In this document: piece by piece, positions 1 through 10,911 of the stretch
How the letters are laid out: every line of letters starts with the position of its first letter
How positions within the stretch are numbered: position 1 is the first letter of the stretch
Assembly (NCBI GenBank): GCA_038321985.1
Contig: JBBQFN010000004.1
Location: 160,001-224,000 of the forward strand
Length of the DNA: 64,000 nucleotides
DNA from: Cyanophyceae cyanobacterium
GTDB lineage: Bacteria > Cyanobacteriota > Cyanobacteriia > Cyanobacteriales > Laspinemataceae
Direction of reading: 5' to 3'
Notes under the pieces: model-generated
What the model saw: only the letters and a program-made list of their open reading frames with translations
What the model was told of the DNA's origin: nothing
The model's database searches: none
Position numbers and translations under genes: made by a program

Positions 1-64
1 TGAAATTTGTAAGGGCTTGCTGTGTCATTTTTTAATCTCCAAGTAATCAAAACCAATATCAAAT

Positions 65-691
65 ATGACTCTATCTCAGGACTTGTGGAGAGCCCATCAA
101 GACTTAGCCCAAGAGTGCCTACAACATCCCTTTGTGCAAGGCATTGGGAAGGGTAACTTACCGCGATATCAGTTTGCCCATTATGTCGGACAGGATGCAT
201 TTTTCCTAGAATCCTTCGCCCGTTCTTATAGTATTGCTGCGGCAAAAGCTCCCGATTGGCAAGGGTTTGAAATATTCCATACCCTAGCGGCTGGCGTCTT
301 AGAAGAACTGCGATTACATCACGGGTATGCCAAAAGCTGGGGGATTGATTTCCCTTCAGTGAAACCGACCCCGGCAACTCGTCGTTACACTGATTTTTTA
401 CTGGCAACTGCCTGGAGTCACGATGTTGGGTTAACGGCAGTGGCAATGGCTCCTTGTATGCGTCTTTACGCTTTCTTAGGGCAGCAATTGGCAAAAGAGG
501 GGATTCCTAATCATGACTATACCGACTGGATTCGCACCTACACTGGGGATGAGTTCGAGCAATTATCGGGACAGTTGGAACATTTGCTCGATCGCTATGC
601 TACCTCGACACCCTTAACCCATTCCACCTATCGTTATGCCATGTTGTGCGAACGGGATTTCTTTCAAGCCGCTGTGGAAGTTACGGCGTAA
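65..691 (+). CDS. tenA: TenA/THI-4 family protein (thiamine salvage, thiaminase II-like)
   Basis: HPFVQGIGKG, YVGQDAFFL, PCMRLY and Y.DWI..Y motifs typical of TenA. Confidence 0.9.
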   Translation: MTLSQDLWRAHQDLAQECLQHPFVQGIGKGNLPRYQFAHYVGQDAFFLESFARSYSIAAAKAPDWQGFEIFHTLAAGVLEELRLHHGYAKSWGIDFPSVKPTPATRRYTDFLLATAWSHDVGLTAVAMAPCMRLYAFLGQQLAKEGIPNHDYTDWIRTYTGDEFEQLSGQLEHLLDRYATSTPLTHSTYRYAMLCERDFFQAAVEVTA

Positions 692-779
692 AAACTCCGT
701 TGAAACCCGAAAATATTTCCGGTTTTATGTTAATTTTACTCCTTCATGTAAGCGTGCCAATTTCCAGAATTAACCCTCC

Positions 780-1082
780 ATGTTAGAGACACTTATCATT
801 TTTTTGGTGGGGATAACGCCGCCGTTACTCTCTGTGTTTGTAATGAGAAAAGCAGAAGATCGGGCGCGAAGTCGCTTGCAAGCAGCGCGCGAAATTCCCA
901 TTAGGAGAATCCCATCTCCTCCCCCGATTCCCGCCGATCGCCATTATGTAGAAGGCGTGGGGGAAGTGACAGGGGATATAACTTGTCGTTATAATGCGCG
1001 ATCGGCCTATCTGCGTTGCACCCTCAATCCAGAAGGACCTTGTGAAACCTGTCGCCAGTATGAACCTAGAGAGTCTTTTTAA
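780..1082 (+). CDS. Cyanobacterial small membrane protein (DUF6464-like)
   Basis: N-terminal TM segment; C-terminal GDITCRYNARSAYLRC..NP.GPC..C Cys motif. Confidence 0.75.
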   Translation: MLETLIIFLVGITPPLLSVFVMRKAEDRARSRLQAAREIPIRRIPSPPPIPADRHYVEGVGEVTGDITCRYNARSAYLRCTLNPEGPCETCRQYEPRESF

Positions 1083-1163
1083 GGCTGATCAAGGGGAGGC
1101 GGGGCGGTTCTGTAGGCTATGATGCTATGGGCGATCGCTCTGTGGACTTTAAGCTAACCCCTG

Positions 1164-1844
1164 ATGACTGGACTTGATTGGATCGTAATCACCGTTTATC
1201 TAATCTGCGTGAGTGCTGTCTTATTACGAGCATTTTCTTCTTTGTTGGCTGAGAAAATTATCGTCAGAGTGGATGAAAGTTTTTTGAAAAATCAACTGGA
1301 AAGCCAAAATCTAGAAAATCGGGTTCGGTTTAAATTTTTTCTGGCCTCTCAATACGACTTAGACGAGTTACGATTAATAGAAGTGAGTCTGCAAAATCCT
1401 TCTCCTAGTCAAACGCTTTATATTGATTGGGATTATAGCGCTTTAATTGATGCCCAAGGCCGCGAACAACGCCTAGTTAGACTCCCCCCCGGGATGACTT
1501 TTGATTTGTTACCGGCTCAAGTTTTTAGCGTCATTGCTCCGGGAAAAACGCTTCAAGAAAAATTTACCGCAGAATCAGCCTTAAAACGAGATATAGAAAT
1601 TGGACCCTTAAAACCCACTCGGGAAATGCTAAACCTGGCCCCGCTCAGACCTGATCCAAGACAGCAGGTTTCACCCAAAGCTACACTTCCGAGTCTATCG
1701 TTCACGGTGCAGTTTGGCCTCCGTTTTGGTATGGGAGAACATAATCTAGGTAATCTCCCTCTTTATATGGTAAATTGTCGCTTTACGGCTTCGATATTGC
1801 CCTGGGTTGTTAATATTCCCTGGAATAAACGCCGGGAGTTTTAA
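1164..1844 (+). CDS. Hypothetical membrane-anchored protein
   Basis: 226-aa ORF, N-terminal hydrophobic helix, co-oriented with neighbours. Confidence 0.7.
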   Translation: MTGLDWIVITVYLICVSAVLLRAFSSLLAEKIIVRVDESFLKNQLESQNLENRVRFKFFLASQYDLDELRLIEVSLQNPSPSQTLYIDWDYSALIDAQGREQRLVRLPPGMTFDLLPAQVFSVIAPGKTLQEKFTAESALKRDIEIGPLKPTREMLNLAPLRPDPRQQVSPKATLPSLSFTVQFGLRFGMGEHNLGNLPLYMVNCRFTASILPWVVNIPWNKRREF

Positions 1845-2042
1845 AGGGGAATTTGGGTTGATTGGAATCGGTGATTCCCGGTAAAAAATCGATGTTTTAG
1901 GGAATGAAACAGATTAAACAAAGGCGATCGCTCCGTCCGTTGCACAGGCAATCTGTCTGGGTGGGTAAAGGCACTTTCAGAAAATTGATAAGGCGAATAA
2001 ATAAGATAGGATTGTTGCAGTCAATGGACTATAATTTGAAAT

Positions 2043-2438
2043 GGGAGAGAGTTGGCGCAGGCAGTTGCGGATTCTCACGAATCTGAGGAAAGTCCGGGCT
2101 CCCGAAAGATCAGACTTGCTGGGTAACGCCCAGTGCGGGTGACCGTGAGGATAGTGCCACAGAAACATACCGCCGATGGAGGGATTGTCCGTTTGGGCGA
2201 TCGCTCACAGGTAAGGGTGCAAAGGTGTGGTAAGAGCGCACCAGCAGCGTCGAGAGGCGCTGGCTCGGTAAACCCCGGTTGGGAGCAAGGTCGAAGGAAC
2301 AAGGGTTGGTCTTTTACCCGTTCCGCTTAGGAAGAACCGCTAGAGGCTTCTGGTAACAGAGGTCCCAGATAGATAACTGCCCCATTCGTGGCCATGTCAC
2401 GAGTGGAACAGAACCCGGCTTATGTCCGGCTCTCTCCC
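2043..2438 (+). ncRNA. rnpB: RNase P RNA (class A)
   Basis: GAGGAAAGTCCGGGCTC, AGTGCCACAGAAA, GGTAAACCCC and ACAGAACCCGGCTTA conserved blocks; P1 ends GGGAGAGA/TCTCTCCC pair; upstream of rnc. Confidence 0.97.
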
Positions 2439-2548
2439 CTTCCATTTTTTATTCTTTATTTTATTAAGTTTAAATTTTCAAGTTTAAATTTTAAATTTTA
2501 GTTAATCTAGATGGGTTAAAATTCTAAATTCTTCGACTTTATTATATT

Positions 2549-3283
2549 ATGACTATTCTTTATCCACACCGAGAACGCGAGTTACAGAAACTATTGCAAA
2601 AATTAGGACTCTCCGACGGCAGAGCAGTCCGTTTGGACTTATTAGAGTTGGCATTGACTCACCCGAGCGTTTCGGGGGAAGCGAATTACGAGCAGTTAGA
2701 GTTTACTGGGGATGCAGTAGTGCGGTTAGCTGCTGCGGAATTATTAATGGAACTATATCCCGCCGAAAAAGTGGGGGAGTTGGCAACGATTCGTTCGGTT
2801 TTGGTGAGCGATCGCACCTTAGCAGAGATTGCAGACGGTTATGGACTAGAGCGCTATCTTCTGGTTTCGGCGAGTGCAGCCGGGGATATTACGGGCAAGG
2901 AATCCCGCTTAGCGGATGCCTTTGAAGCCATTTTAGCGGCTCTATATTTAAGTACCCATAATTTGGATTTAATTCGTCCTTGGTTAGATCCAGAATTTAA
3001 ACAGCGATCGGAAGAAATTCGCAAAGATCCAGCGCGTCACAACTATAAAGATGCGCTTCAGGAATGGACTCAAGTCCACTATAAAATTTTACCTGAATAT
3101 CGGGTTTTTGAAACCCATCGGGAGCATTACCATCCCGATCGCTTTACTGCTGAAGTATGGCTACGGGGAGAAGTCAAAGGAAATGGCACCGGACGCAGTA
3201 AAAAAGCCGCCGAACAAGCCGCAGCAAAGGTGGCATTTTTTGCCCTGAAAGAGTTGGATGTAGCTCACGAATCCACATCATAA
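2549..3283 (+). CDS. rnc: Ribonuclease III
   Basis: EQLEFTGDAV signature, ADAFEA, C-terminal dsRBD (GTGRSKKAAEQAAA). Confidence 0.95.
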   Translation: MTILYPHRERELQKLLQKLGLSDGRAVRLDLLELALTHPSVSGEANYEQLEFTGDAVVRLAAAELLMELYPAEKVGELATIRSVLVSDRTLAEIADGYGLERYLLVSASAAGDITGKESRLADAFEAILAALYLSTHNLDLIRPWLDPEFKQRSEEIRKDPARHNYKDALQEWTQVHYKILPEYRVFETHREHYHPDRFTAEVWLRGEVKGNGTGRSKKAAEQAAAKVAFFALKELDVAHESTS

Positions 3284-3293
3284 CCATTAAAAA

Positions 3294-4367
3294 ATGTCAA
3301 GTCCGATAAGTCCGATTGGGATTGCAATTCTAGGGGCGGGTCGTTGGGGCGTCCATTTGATCCGAAATTTTTTAAACCATCCCCAAGCCCGAGTGATGGC
3401 GGTGGTGGACCCTCATCCCGAGCGATTGACCGCAGCGCGATCGCAATTTAACTTTGATCCGAGTGTGATTCTGGCAACCGATTGGCAGGACATCAAACAA
3501 TTGCCGGGACTCGAAGCCGTAGCAGTCGCGACTCCTGCGGCTACCCACTATGCCCTAATCTCCGATGCCCTGCACCAGAACTATCACATCTTAGCGGAAA
3601 AACCCCTAACCCTTGACCCCCAGGAGTGTCGGGAATTATATCAACTCGCCCAACAACGTCAGCGTCAGATCCTCGTGGATCATACCTATTTGTTTCATCC
3701 GGCGGTCATCGCCGGAACTGAAGTGATCAAAGGGGGACGAGTGGGGGAATTGCGCTACGGATATGCCACACGCAGCCATTTGGGTCCCGTGCGATCGGAT
3801 GTGGATGCCCTGTGGGACTTAGCCATTCACGATATCGCTATTTTCAATACCTGGCTGGGAGAAAACCCGATTCAAGTCCAAGCTACGGGGCGAGTGTGGT
3901 TGCCACCCAACCGGATGGAGAGCAAGGATTCGCCACTGTTTCCCCAGGGGTTATCAGATTTAGTCATGGCAACCCTAAACTATCCCAGTGGATTTCAGGC
4001 ATTTATTCACCTGTGCTGGTTTAATCCAGATAAACAGAGACGGTTGGCGGTAGTCGGCAGTCAAGGAACCTTGATATTTGATGAAATGTCAGCGGATGCC
4101 CCGTTGGTGATCCAACAGGGTTGTTTAGAACCACAAGGCGATCGCTGGATTCCCACCTCTCAAAACCGGGAAGTGGTGAGTTTAGAAAAAGCTGAACCTC
4201 TAGGACGGGTATGCGATCGCTTTTTGGAGTTGGTGCGCCAAAATGGACAAAACGAACAATATAGGGGAGTAGACTCATCACGAGAGGCGATCGCTACCGA
4301 ATTAACCCTCATTTTGACCGCTCTAAGTCACTCGATCCAACAAGGGGGACTACCCGTTAAGATTTAG
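3294..4367 (+). CDS. Gfo/Idh/MocA family oxidoreductase
   Basis: GAGRWG Rossmann motif, EKP motif, DLAIHD. Confidence 0.9.
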   Translation: MSSPISPIGIAILGAGRWGVHLIRNFLNHPQARVMAVVDPHPERLTAARSQFNFDPSVILATDWQDIKQLPGLEAVAVATPAATHYALISDALHQNYHILAEKPLTLDPQECRELYQLAQQRQRQILVDHTYLFHPAVIAGTEVIKGGRVGELRYGYATRSHLGPVRSDVDALWDLAIHDIAIFNTWLGENPIQVQATGRVWLPPNRMESKDSPLFPQGLSDLVMATLNYPSGFQAFIHLCWFNPDKQRRLAVVGSQGTLIFDEMSADAPLVIQQGCLEPQGDRWIPTSQNREVVSLEKAEPLGRVCDRFLELVRQNGQNEQYRGVDSSREAIATELTLILTALSHSIQQGGLPVKI

Positions 4368-4472
4368 GAAAAATTTACCTTTATCCTCAAGCGCTTAAGA
4401 AACAACAGACAGCAAGTCGTTAATCCTAACTGCTCGAACCCACTGATGGGTGGAAGAGATTTTTAGAAAAAT

Positions 4473-6509
4473 TTAGCAATTTTGTTCTTCTGGGGTTTTC
4501 GACTCAGACCCCGCAGCAACGGAAGGAGTGGAATTCACAATCGGTAAAACCACCTCAACCGTTGTCCCTTGACCAATGCCCTTACTTTGGAGGCGAATAA
4601 TGCCCCCCATCAATTCAACTAAATTGCGCGAGATCGCTAAACCCAATCCCGTACCTCCTTTGGGGCGAGTTCGCGATCCATCCACCATTACAAACGGTTG
4701 AAAAAGTTTTTGCTGCTGATCCGGTGCAATGCCAATCCCCGTATCTTGAATCGCAATCACTAAATGAGGATAGCCATTTCCATTCACCGAGTCTCCTTTA
4801 GTAAAGGACTTACCTTCCGTTAGTCCTTCTATGCGAGTTGAAAGGGTGATGCTGCCGGTATCGGTAAATTTAATTGAATTCCCTATCAAATTCAAAAGCG
4901 CTTGTTTGAGTTTAGCCGGGTCAGCGTCCACCGTAATCGAATCAGAACTTTCCCGGAAATTTAACTGTAAACCCTTCTGCTGAATCGCCGCTTGCTGCAA
5001 TTCGATCGCTTCTTTGATCAGGCGTTTAACATCCACCTGTTCCATAACAACCGATAGGGTTCCTGCTTCAATTTTAGAAATATCAAGAATATCATTAATA
5101 ATATTCAATAGATGAATTGCCGCATCATCTGCTCTTTGAAGAAACTCGATTTCTTCATCCCGGTTATCACAGCAATCATCACGAACTAAACGAATGCAGC
5201 CAATAATCGCATTCAGAGGCGTTCTCAACTCGTGAGAAATCGTTGCCAAAAATTCATTTTTTAGTTGGTTGGCAACTTTAGCTTCTTTCCAGGCACTTTC
5301 TAACTCCTCCGCCCAGGCTTTCAAGCGTTCTACCATGCCGTCGAGTGCTTCAGCTAGAAGGTTGAACTCTCGAATGCTCAAGTTATGCGGCACTCGTTCC
5401 GTTGTAGCACGGCACTGAATGTTCATCGCATAGGCTTGCAATTTTTCAATGGGTAATGCTAAATCGCGAGTTAAGTACAGGGTCGCTAGGAGGTTAGCCG
5501 CTAATAGACCTAAAACCAAAGTGACGAGAACATTTTGAATCTCCCTCAACCCTGCCAGTGCATTATCAAGGGGGGTGACAGCCAGGATAACCCATTTGCT
5601 TTGTTCTCCACCAGATAGAGGACTGGGAATAGCGGTATATCCGGAGAGTAATTCGGTTCCTTCTTGATCAAAATTAAACAGATGGACAAAAGCCTGACGG
5701 TCTTGGATGGCGTTTTTAACAATACTTTCTAAGCGTCTGGCATCTTCTTCGTCCTGAATGTTGCGTCCGACGCGACTGAGGTCGTTCCCATGTTCGAGAA
5801 TGGTTCCGTCTTGGTTGATAACGACGGTATAGCCGGTGAGAGAACCGGGTTCAATCCGGCGATCGCTAGCCCGTTGTCCTAAAGTTGACAGAATGGTTAA
5901 GGCATAGTCAGGAACCCCTGAATTGTTCACCGCCAAGGGATTGTTAGGATCCAAGTACACCGGGGCGCTCAAAATCAATTTAAGTTGATCGAAATAGCTG
6001 GGGTCATTTGGGGGGGTAACTGAAGCTGAATCCGAGGAGTGGATTTCCGATAAGATGGTTTTGATCTGCACTCCTACCGCGTTCCCTGCCGCCGGCGCGC
6101 CTTGTTGTTGCCACATCTGCAAGATTTGATCACTCAGAGGTTGATTCCCACAGGTACTGGCAACGAGTTGGGTGGTTTGAATATTAGTCAGTTGAACGCA
6201 TTGGACCTTAGTGGGGAATCGTCGCGCGAGTTGCTCGATATAATTTTGGGAAGATTGCGCCGAACCGGAGTGCAGCACAACGGATTCGCTTGCCGTTAGC
6301 AGGTTCGCCTGGAGAGATTCGAGGGAGGCATTAATGCTATCCCCTTTGCGAATGGCGCTTTCGGTCAAGTTTTGGCGAGCGGTTTCTAAAAGACTAGAGC
6401 GTGCCTTTCGATAGGTCACATACTCCCCTAACAGCAAAACAGGGACGCTTAGGAGTAAAATCCGCGACAGCAGGATACGGCGAAAGGAGGATTGACCTGA
6501 CTTAACCAT
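4473..6509 (-). CDS. Membrane sensor histidine kinase (periplasmic Cache-like domain, HAMP, HisKA, HATPase)
   Basis: Two TM segments, [14 protein letters not shown]-box, N/G1/F/G2 boxes. Confidence 0.92.
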   Translation of the reverse strand: MVKSGQSSFRRILLSRILLLSVPVLLLGEYVTYRKARSSLLETARQNLTESAIRKGDSINASLESLQANLLTASESVVLHSGSAQSSQNYIEQLARRFPTKVQCVQLTNIQTTQLVASTCGNQPLSDQILQMWQQQGAPAAGNAVGVQIKTILSEIHSSDSASVTPPNDPSYFDQLKLILSAPVYLDPNNPLAVNNSGVPDYALTILSTLGQRASDRRIEPGSLTGYTVVINQDGTILEHGNDLSRVGRNIQDEEDARRLESIVKNAIQDRQAFVHLFNFDQEGTELLSGYTAIPSPLSGGEQSKWVILAVTPLDNALAGLREIQNVLVTLVLGLLAANLLATLYLTRDLALPIEKLQAYAMNIQCRATTERVPHNLSIREFNLLAEALDGMVERLKAWAEELESAWKEAKVANQLKNEFLATISHELRTPLNAIIGCIRLVRDDCCDNRDEEIEFLQRADDAAIHLLNIINDILDISKIEAGTLSVVMEQVDVKRLIKEAIELQQAAIQQKGLQLNFRESSDSITVDADPAKLKQALLNLIGNSIKFTDTGSITLSTRIEGLTEGKSFTKGDSVNGNGYPHLVIAIQDTGIGIAPDQQQKLFQPFVMVDGSRTRPKGGTGLGLAISRNLVELMGGIIRLQSKGIGQGTTVEVVLPIVNSTPSVAAGSESKTPEEQNC

Positions 6510-7624
6510 AAGAAGTTTTTAGCGTTTAGGATGCAAGCCCCGGTGGTAACAACAGTTGAAACGCCCAGATGGGTAGGACATTTTTCCCTTGCGTGTTACA
6601 GCTACGAGGCAGAACTTTTGTTACCAAAATTGCGAGGCTGCTACAAACGGATGTTGTCATTAACCCAATTCTATAAAAGTTATTGTCACCCTGCTGATTA
6701 AATACGACAATGGATGTCTCATACCCCATTAGTCTGGACCATTAGTCGGGATCGATAATGGCATGGAGGACACAGAACACTTAGAGGGGCGAATTTTCCG
6801 GATGGGGACCCCTGGGCGAAACCGCCAATCTGGAAGAGGCGATCGCCTATCTGTCTCTTAGTTTTCCCCAAAATCTCCAGAAAGGATTGGGATTTATTAT
6901 TGAATCGCCCAGGTTTTTTGTCAACCAGACGAAAGATGACTGATCCGAGGGAGGAATGGCTTGGGATTGGTCCCCAGGGTTAGTGGGTCTGTACTGGATG
7001 CTCTCGGTTTGCCTGGATTTTGACTTTTGGACCTCGGACGGTGGAATCCCCCCTCTTTGATTTAGCTTCAGTTTTGGATAGTTGCTGGCGTTGAGCAAAA
7101 GAAGACAGACTGCCTTAAATTCCTATATCTGGAAGGGTTCGGTTCTCCGTAAGTTAAAGCCCCGGTTAAACCCAGGCATTGGTCACGGTGAGAACCGACT
7201 CAAAAACCGTTAATCTCTGGGGTTTTGAGTGGGGCCTCTTGGGGAAAACATTGTTTTCCAGATTCTTATCTATTTTTTTAGATAGAAGCAACGCCTAAAT
7301 CCGGGATGCCCTTATTCCACAAGTTTTGCATAGAATTGCCGGAAATGCTAGGCCGCTAAAGCTTTTTAAATGGGCTATTTTTGAGCGAAAAAAGGCCAAC
7401 TCTTGTTAATAATGATTAAATCCTGTTGAGACTGGGGAAGGGCTGCGCCTAAACCTTCCGTAAAAGGGTCACCGTTCCCAATGAAGGGTGGTCCCGCATC
7501 AGGAGACGGTGACAAGAGAGGGGAGTTTTTAACGTTTCTGCCCGAGTGCGCGGTGGGAGGCTATCTAGTTTGCCTAGGCGATCGAGCTTCCCGGTTCAGA
7601 GTTTTTTCTCGGGTTGAGGGGTTA

Positions 7625-9016
7625 TCACTGTTTAGGTGAGCTTTGCTGGGGGTTCAAGACCGTATAGTAACTGGTAACCAAGGCAACAGCAAGCCACCAG
7701 AGGATATTGATTTGAGGTCGATACCAGACGGTATCAAAGGCTCCGTGGGCCAGCATACCTAGGATAATTGAGATTCCGGCAATGAGCCAGTACCCTTCAC
7801 GACTGGCTTGATCTCGCAGGGGCTTGATCTGTCTTAACCCTTGGCTAAGGGTTACCCAAATCAAGGTGAGGAAGGCCGCTAGACCAATGAATCCGGTTTC
7901 GACGGCGATTTCTAACGGCACGGAATAGGCACTCAAGGCGGTATATTTGGGACGCATATAAAGGGGGTAGATTTGATTAAATGCGGTGTTACCGGGCCCA
8001 ATGCCGATAATAGGGCGATCGCGAATCATTTCAAACACCGCCTCCCAAACATTAATGCGGAAGTTATTGCTACTATCCTCCCGTCCCACCAACATACTCG
8101 CGGCTCGCTCTCGCACGGGTTCTACAAATAGCAGAGCCAGGAGAATAACCCCTACGGTTGCGCCTAATACCGCAGGCATTGCCCATTTTCGCCACTTTTG
8201 GGGGAGCTTGACACTCCACCAATAGACTAAGAGGAGGACTAGGGTAAATCCGGCAACAACAAAGCCGATCCATCCGCCTCGACTATAGGTGAGGATCAGG
8301 CATAAGGTGTTGACGAGCGTCATGGTGACGGCTAAGGCTTTTGGGAGCCACCCGCGCCAAGCAAAAATTGCGGCAATCCCTAGGACAACCGCCGGCAAAA
8401 TATAAGCAGCTAGAAGGTTAGGATTACCGAGGTAACTATAGACTCGGGTTACCTTCGCCATGGACGAGTTAGGATCGGTCCAAGTCGCTAGGGCACTTGC
8501 ACCGAAGCGCCATTGTCGGATGCCATAGATACTAACAAAGGTAGCAACGTGAAGGTAGAGGGCAATGATAAAGGAGCGCAATTTTGGCGATCGCAATACC
8601 CGCGTGAGCAGAGCAAATAGGAGTAAAAAGAGGGTGAGTTTGGTCCACCCGATAAAGGCCGCCTTTTTCACGGGGGACATGGCGGTAGCAACGGTGCTAA
8701 TTCCCCAATACAGCAGAATTAGCAAGTGAACGGGGGTAAATCCACTGTTGTCATCATCGGCTAAAGTGACGAGTATCCAATAGCCTCCGCAAGCCACCAA
8801 TAACACGCCAATTAGGGCGGTTGAAACAAAGGGCCCGAGGATAAAGAGCAATCCTACTAATAGCGCGGCGATCGGGTCAGCCCACTGGATCAAGAAACTG
8901 CCTCGACGCAGAGGGGAGAGAATGCCGATCACTTGATGCAAGTAACTGGCGCTACTCCACTGATATAAGGGTAGATTGGATCCCAAACTGAAGACTGCTG
9001 GAAACAGATTTCTCAT
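7625..9016 (-). CDS. ictB: IctB family membrane protein (O-antigen ligase-like)
   Basis: RVYSYLGNPNLLAAY, REDSSNNFRINVW, GIGPGN.AFN.IYPLY motifs; start moved to ATG at 9016. Confidence 0.9.
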   Translation of the reverse strand: MRNLFPAVFSLGSNLPLYQWSSASYLHQVIGILSPLRRGSFLIQWADPIAALLVGLLFILGPFVSTALIGVLLVACGGYWILVTLADDDNSGFTPVHLLILLYWGISTVATAMSPVKKAAFIGWTKLTLFLLLFALLTRVLRSPKLRSFIIALYLHVATFVSIYGIRQWRFGASALATWTDPNSSMAKVTRVYSYLGNPNLLAAYILPAVVLGIAAIFAWRGWLPKALAVTMTLVNTLCLILTYSRGGWIGFVVAGFTLVLLLVYWWSVKLPQKWRKWAMPAVLGATVGVILLALLFVEPVRERAASMLVGREDSSNNFRINVWEAVFEMIRDRPIIGIGPGNTAFNQIYPLYMRPKYTALSAYSVPLEIAVETGFIGLAAFLTLIWVTLSQGLRQIKPLRDQASREGYWLIAGISIILGMLAHGAFDTVWYRPQINILWWLAVALVTSYYTVLNPQQSSPKQ

Positions 9017-9324
9017 AAAATTTAACACCCAATGGAACCCGACAATGAAAGTTTTCCTATGATTTAAGCTGCCCCTACTATAGCGTCGGTGTTTCCAGGG
9101 ACAGCTAGGGTTAACCCGGAGCATTAATGGGGGGCGATCGCCTGGAAGGGACCGTAAAATTATCGGTCTATGTTGCAGATAGACCCTGAGATAAACTCTC
9201 TCGTTATCCAATTGCTGCCGCTGCTTTCCCGGTTTCTTTATCAGAAAATTCTACGGCGTCCTACAGTCTCGGGGTAGCTATTAGATAAAGTTGTCCCTCC
9301 TCCCCTACCCATGCCCTAGGGAGC

Positions 9325-10044
9325 CTAACCCCATGCCGGATGAGTCAGCAACTTTTCAATGACTCGAACCCCACGCAGTTGATTAGACAGGGGTAAATGA
9401 CCTCGCGGAGCCGTTAAATCCCAGGTAAATTCTCCGGGATATCGGGTCCAGGTATTGCCATTCTTCCAGCCAATTTTCGGCCAGAGTTTGTCCCAATTTT
9501 TCCCGACTCCGAGCCAAATTTCCCGCTGCACAGATAAGCCAAATTTCCCTTCAGAATACACCCGCCAAAGATGATCTAGGGTTTGCAGGTCTTCACTGGG
9601 AAATTTATCAATGTCCGTGAAATAAAGCCACTTTCTTTCCATTGCTTTAGGTCCGGCCAGTTCGCACAGTTTTTGCATACTGATGCGATCCGCCGCTTGA
9701 AAGTCTTGTTTTGCCAACAATTCTTGGATTTCAGAATAATCAATACCCCGCTTAGATTCCAAGGAAACAACCCCGTTAGGATAGGAAGTTCCCAAAAAAT
9801 CTGCGATCGCAGGAGAATCAGTTTTTAGCAGTAATTGATAGACTTTTCCATCTATAAAATTGACTGGGCCGTTCTGACGCTCTTGCAAAAATTGCTTTAA
9901 TAGGTTTAGACCCGCTTCCCCCGTTCCGGCAAGCTGTTCGATCAGTTGAAGCTGATTTTTCTCTGGGGCAGTTTTTAATTTGGATTCAAGCTCGGCTAGA
10001 TTGGCGGAAGTTTCGGATAGGGATGACGTTGTTGGTTCACTCAT
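9325..10044 (-). CDS. gun4: GUN4 (Mg-chelatase cofactor, Ycf53)
   Basis: LWRVYSEGKFGLSVQREIW and APRGHLPLSNQLRGVR motifs. Confidence 0.92.
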   Translation of the reverse strand: MSEPTTSSLSETSANLAELESKLKTAPEKNQLQLIEQLAGTGEAGLNLLKQFLQERQNGPVNFIDGKVYQLLLKTDSPAIADFLGTSYPNGVVSLESKRGIDYSEIQELLAKQDFQAADRISMQKLCELAGPKAMERKWLYFTDIDKFPSEDLQTLDHLWRVYSEGKFGLSVQREIWLGVGKNWDKLWPKIGWKNGNTWTRYPGEFTWDLTAPRGHLPLSNQLRGVRVIEKLLTHPAWG

Positions 10045-10365
10045 AGTTGTTGAATATCGAATTAACAAGCAGGTATTTTACTGGCTCTAAAATTGAAGAC
10101 TTAAATGGTTTTAACCAGTAACTTCCTGAGACATTAATTCTTGAAATCAGAAGAAAATAACATAGAAGTTACAAAAAATTGATACTTTTAATGGGAACAG
10201 TCCAGGAGATTCCTGTCCCACTCAAGGACAACTGATTCTTGTGCTAACACTAGGTCTGTGGGAGGGTATCCGACATTCGTCGTGAGCATTGTTCCCAAAG
10301 CGCCACTAAAATCGGTGGAGATTTTAGCTCCTGAATGGGGACACTTTAAAAGAGCGCTCTTCAGG

Positions 10366-10854
10366 TTAGGCGTTGAGAATAGAAAGAATTATACCAGTAG
10401 TGGAGGTCGGAACTTCAATTTTGCAAAGTTCGATGCGGCCCCCATAGCCTTGAACTGTTGGGGCTTCAGGGAGGCTCTCTACAGTCCAGTCTCCACCTTT
10501 GACATAAATATCGGGTTTGAGGGCTTGGAGCATTGTGATGGCGGTGGGTTCGTTAAAAATAATCACGCCGTCTACAGCTTTTAAGGCACAAAGGACTTCG
10601 GCCCGTTGGTTTTCGGGGATAATGGGTCGCGGGGGCATTCCCGGTTGAGCGGGTTTGATGGTTTGGACGGAGCGATCGCTATTTAACCCAACAACTAGAG
10701 TCCGACCTAAGGATTGGGCGGTTTGTAAGTAACGAACATGACCGACATGAAGCAGATCGAAACAGCCATTTGTAAATACTAAGGGTCGCCACTGCTCAGG
10801 GTGAGCGGCGATCGCCTGGACTAAACTAGAAATCGTGTAAATACCAGGAATCAT
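10366..10854 (-). CDS. RfaE domain II-type nucleotidyltransferase (heptose-1-phosphate adenylyltransferase-like)
   Basis: FTNGCFDLLHVGH, GLNSDRSV, YVKGGD motifs. Confidence 0.88.
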   Translation of the reverse strand: MIPGIYTISSLVQAIAAHPEQWRPLVFTNGCFDLLHVGHVRYLQTAQSLGRTLVVGLNSDRSVQTIKPAQPGMPPRPIIPENQRAEVLCALKAVDGVIIFNEPTAITMLQALKPDIYVKGGDWTVESLPEAPTVQGYGGRIELCKIEVPTSTTGIILSILNA

Positions 10855-10911
10855 AGGGTGATCTAAAACAGCAAACAGCAGATATTTTATAACACAGGGT
10901 TCTGATCCGAC

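Noticed and set aside
1..64. TPP riboswitch upstream of tenA
   Set aside because: No CTGAGA/ACCTG core in the 64 nt available; could lie outside the window
1904..2330. Four short ORFs in the ORF track
   Set aside because: They overlap rnpB; shadow frames of a structured RNA gene
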